Below are positions 62,759-64,000 of a DNA stretch of 64,000 nucleotides, in pieces. This DNA comes from Torpedo marmorata (taxonomy: Eukaryota): contig OZ360236.1 of assembly GCA_977017645.1 (NCBI GenBank), positions 1,426,001 to 1,490,000 of the forward strand, given 5' to 3'. Each line of letters begins with the position of its first letter. The first letter of the stretch is position 1. The notes under the pieces were generated by a model. That model had not been told where the DNA came from and did not search any database. It saw only the letters and a program-made list of their open reading frames with translations. The position numbers were made by a program, and so were the translations under genes.

Positions 62759-64000
62759 TGTAATGTGAGCTGTTTTTAAAGTGAGGCTGGGAGGGGTTTT
62801 ACTTCCTGTCTGTCTTCTTTACTTCCTGTGTGCCTTGTATACAGCTTGGAGGCCATGCTGTGTGTTGCCAAAGGGAAAGAAACACAAGCCTCTGTATATG
62901 TATGGTTTTGCTGTTCCAGATAAAGTTCTTTTGAGCTTGAAGTTGTCGAGTGGTCCTTTTTCAAAGTAGAAGTTACCACATATTTTTGGCGACGAGGTGA
63001 ACTGGTTTTGTGGAAGTGTCGACCCGTTTGGATGGCTACGTTCGGGATTATCGGTGAATTTTGGAAGGAAATGAGGATTGGCCGGAGTATGAGGAAAGGT
63101 TGGGACACACTTTCTGTGCTAATGGAACTACGGAGGAGGCTAAGAAGCGCTCTATTCTCCTGAGTGTGTGTGGGGCAAAGACTTACAAGTTGATAAGGAA
63201 CTTAGCCACACCGCGGAAACCGGGGGAAATTCCATTTGACGAACTGGTCAAGCTCGTGGGGAACCACCACAATCCGAAACCTTCTGTGATAGTCCAACGG
63301 TTTAAGTTTCACAGCCTTTTCAGGAAGCCAGCAAATTTTGTGGCCGAGCTTCGGCAGCTATCGGAGCATTGTGATTTCGAGGCAGAATTGGATGATATGC
63401 TCCGTGATAGATTGGTATGCGGCATTAATAATGACGCCATACAACGCCGCTTGTTGGGGGAAACTCCACCGCTGACTTTCAAGAAAGCCCTAGAGATTGC
63501 CCAAGGCATGGAGATGGCGGCTAATAATGCCAAGGATATCCAGAAAGGACATGGGTGGTCGCAGTCAGCGGCAGTGTACCAAGTCAGGAGGGAGACTGGT
63601 ATACAGGCAAAGCGGGTGGAATGTTTTCGGTGTGGAGGGACACACTATGCAAATGAGCGCAAATTCAAAGACACTGTCTGCTATGGTTGTGGCAAAAAGG
63701 GACATTTAGCTAAGTGCAGGAGTTCAAAGGGTAAGGTTAAGCCTGGGCAGGGGAAAGCTCAACGGGCTCTGGCAGCCACACACTACCTAGAAGAAGTAGA
63801 TGAAGAGACAACGTGTGCTTACAATATGTTTGGAGTGGAAACATGAGGAACCACCTGAACCATATTCTGTCACTTTCAGAGGAAAGAATATTAAGTTTGA
63901 GATTGATTCAGGGGCTACAGCATCGGTCATCAGTGAGGAGACCTACAGGAGGACATGGGGGTCCAACCTGCCTCCCATCAGACAGTCAAAGCTAAAACTC
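62759..64000 (+). mobile_element. Ty3/Gypsy LTR retrotransposon, 5' part (LTR 62759-62980, PBS 62987-62997, gag, protease start)
   Basis: TGTAA...CA candidate LTR, tggcgacgagg PBS, gag with FVAELRQLSEHCDF, LRDRLVCGI and zinc knuckles, protease FEIDSGATASVI near 63900. Confidence 0.85.
63032..63846 (+). pseudogene. Gypsy gag, frameshifted
   Basis: ATG at 63032 (MATFGIIGEF) is 1 nt out of frame with ORF 63061..63846; the first knuckle has lost a Cys; a stop precedes the protease. Confidence 0.7.

Overview
Repeat-dense vertebrate genomic DNA. The repeat set (HE1/V-SINE-type SINEs, CR1, Rex1/Babar, L1, Penelope-like elements) suggests a cartilaginous fish; this is an inference. Two convergent spliced genes are present. 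(1) eif6 on the + strand: five coding exons from 8631 to 34022, with the first coding exon outside the window. (2) An unnamed gene on the - strand: four exons with consistent phases (58685 to 40375), 5' end lost in a 100-N gap, encoding at least 272 aa with a papain-fold Q-x5-CG / H / N signature resembling C39-type peptidases and phytochelatin synthase. Nearly everything else is mobile DNA: a pogo/Passer-type DD35D transposon with an uninterrupted transposase, two three-tier nested insertions with readable TSDs, a 5'-inverted L1, a solo LTR, the 5' part of a Ty3/Gypsy element, two MITEs, many Penelope-like ends carrying a minimal hammerhead-ribozyme motif, and several minisatellites. All calls come from manual reading; no database searches were run and repeat boundaries without TSDs are approximate.
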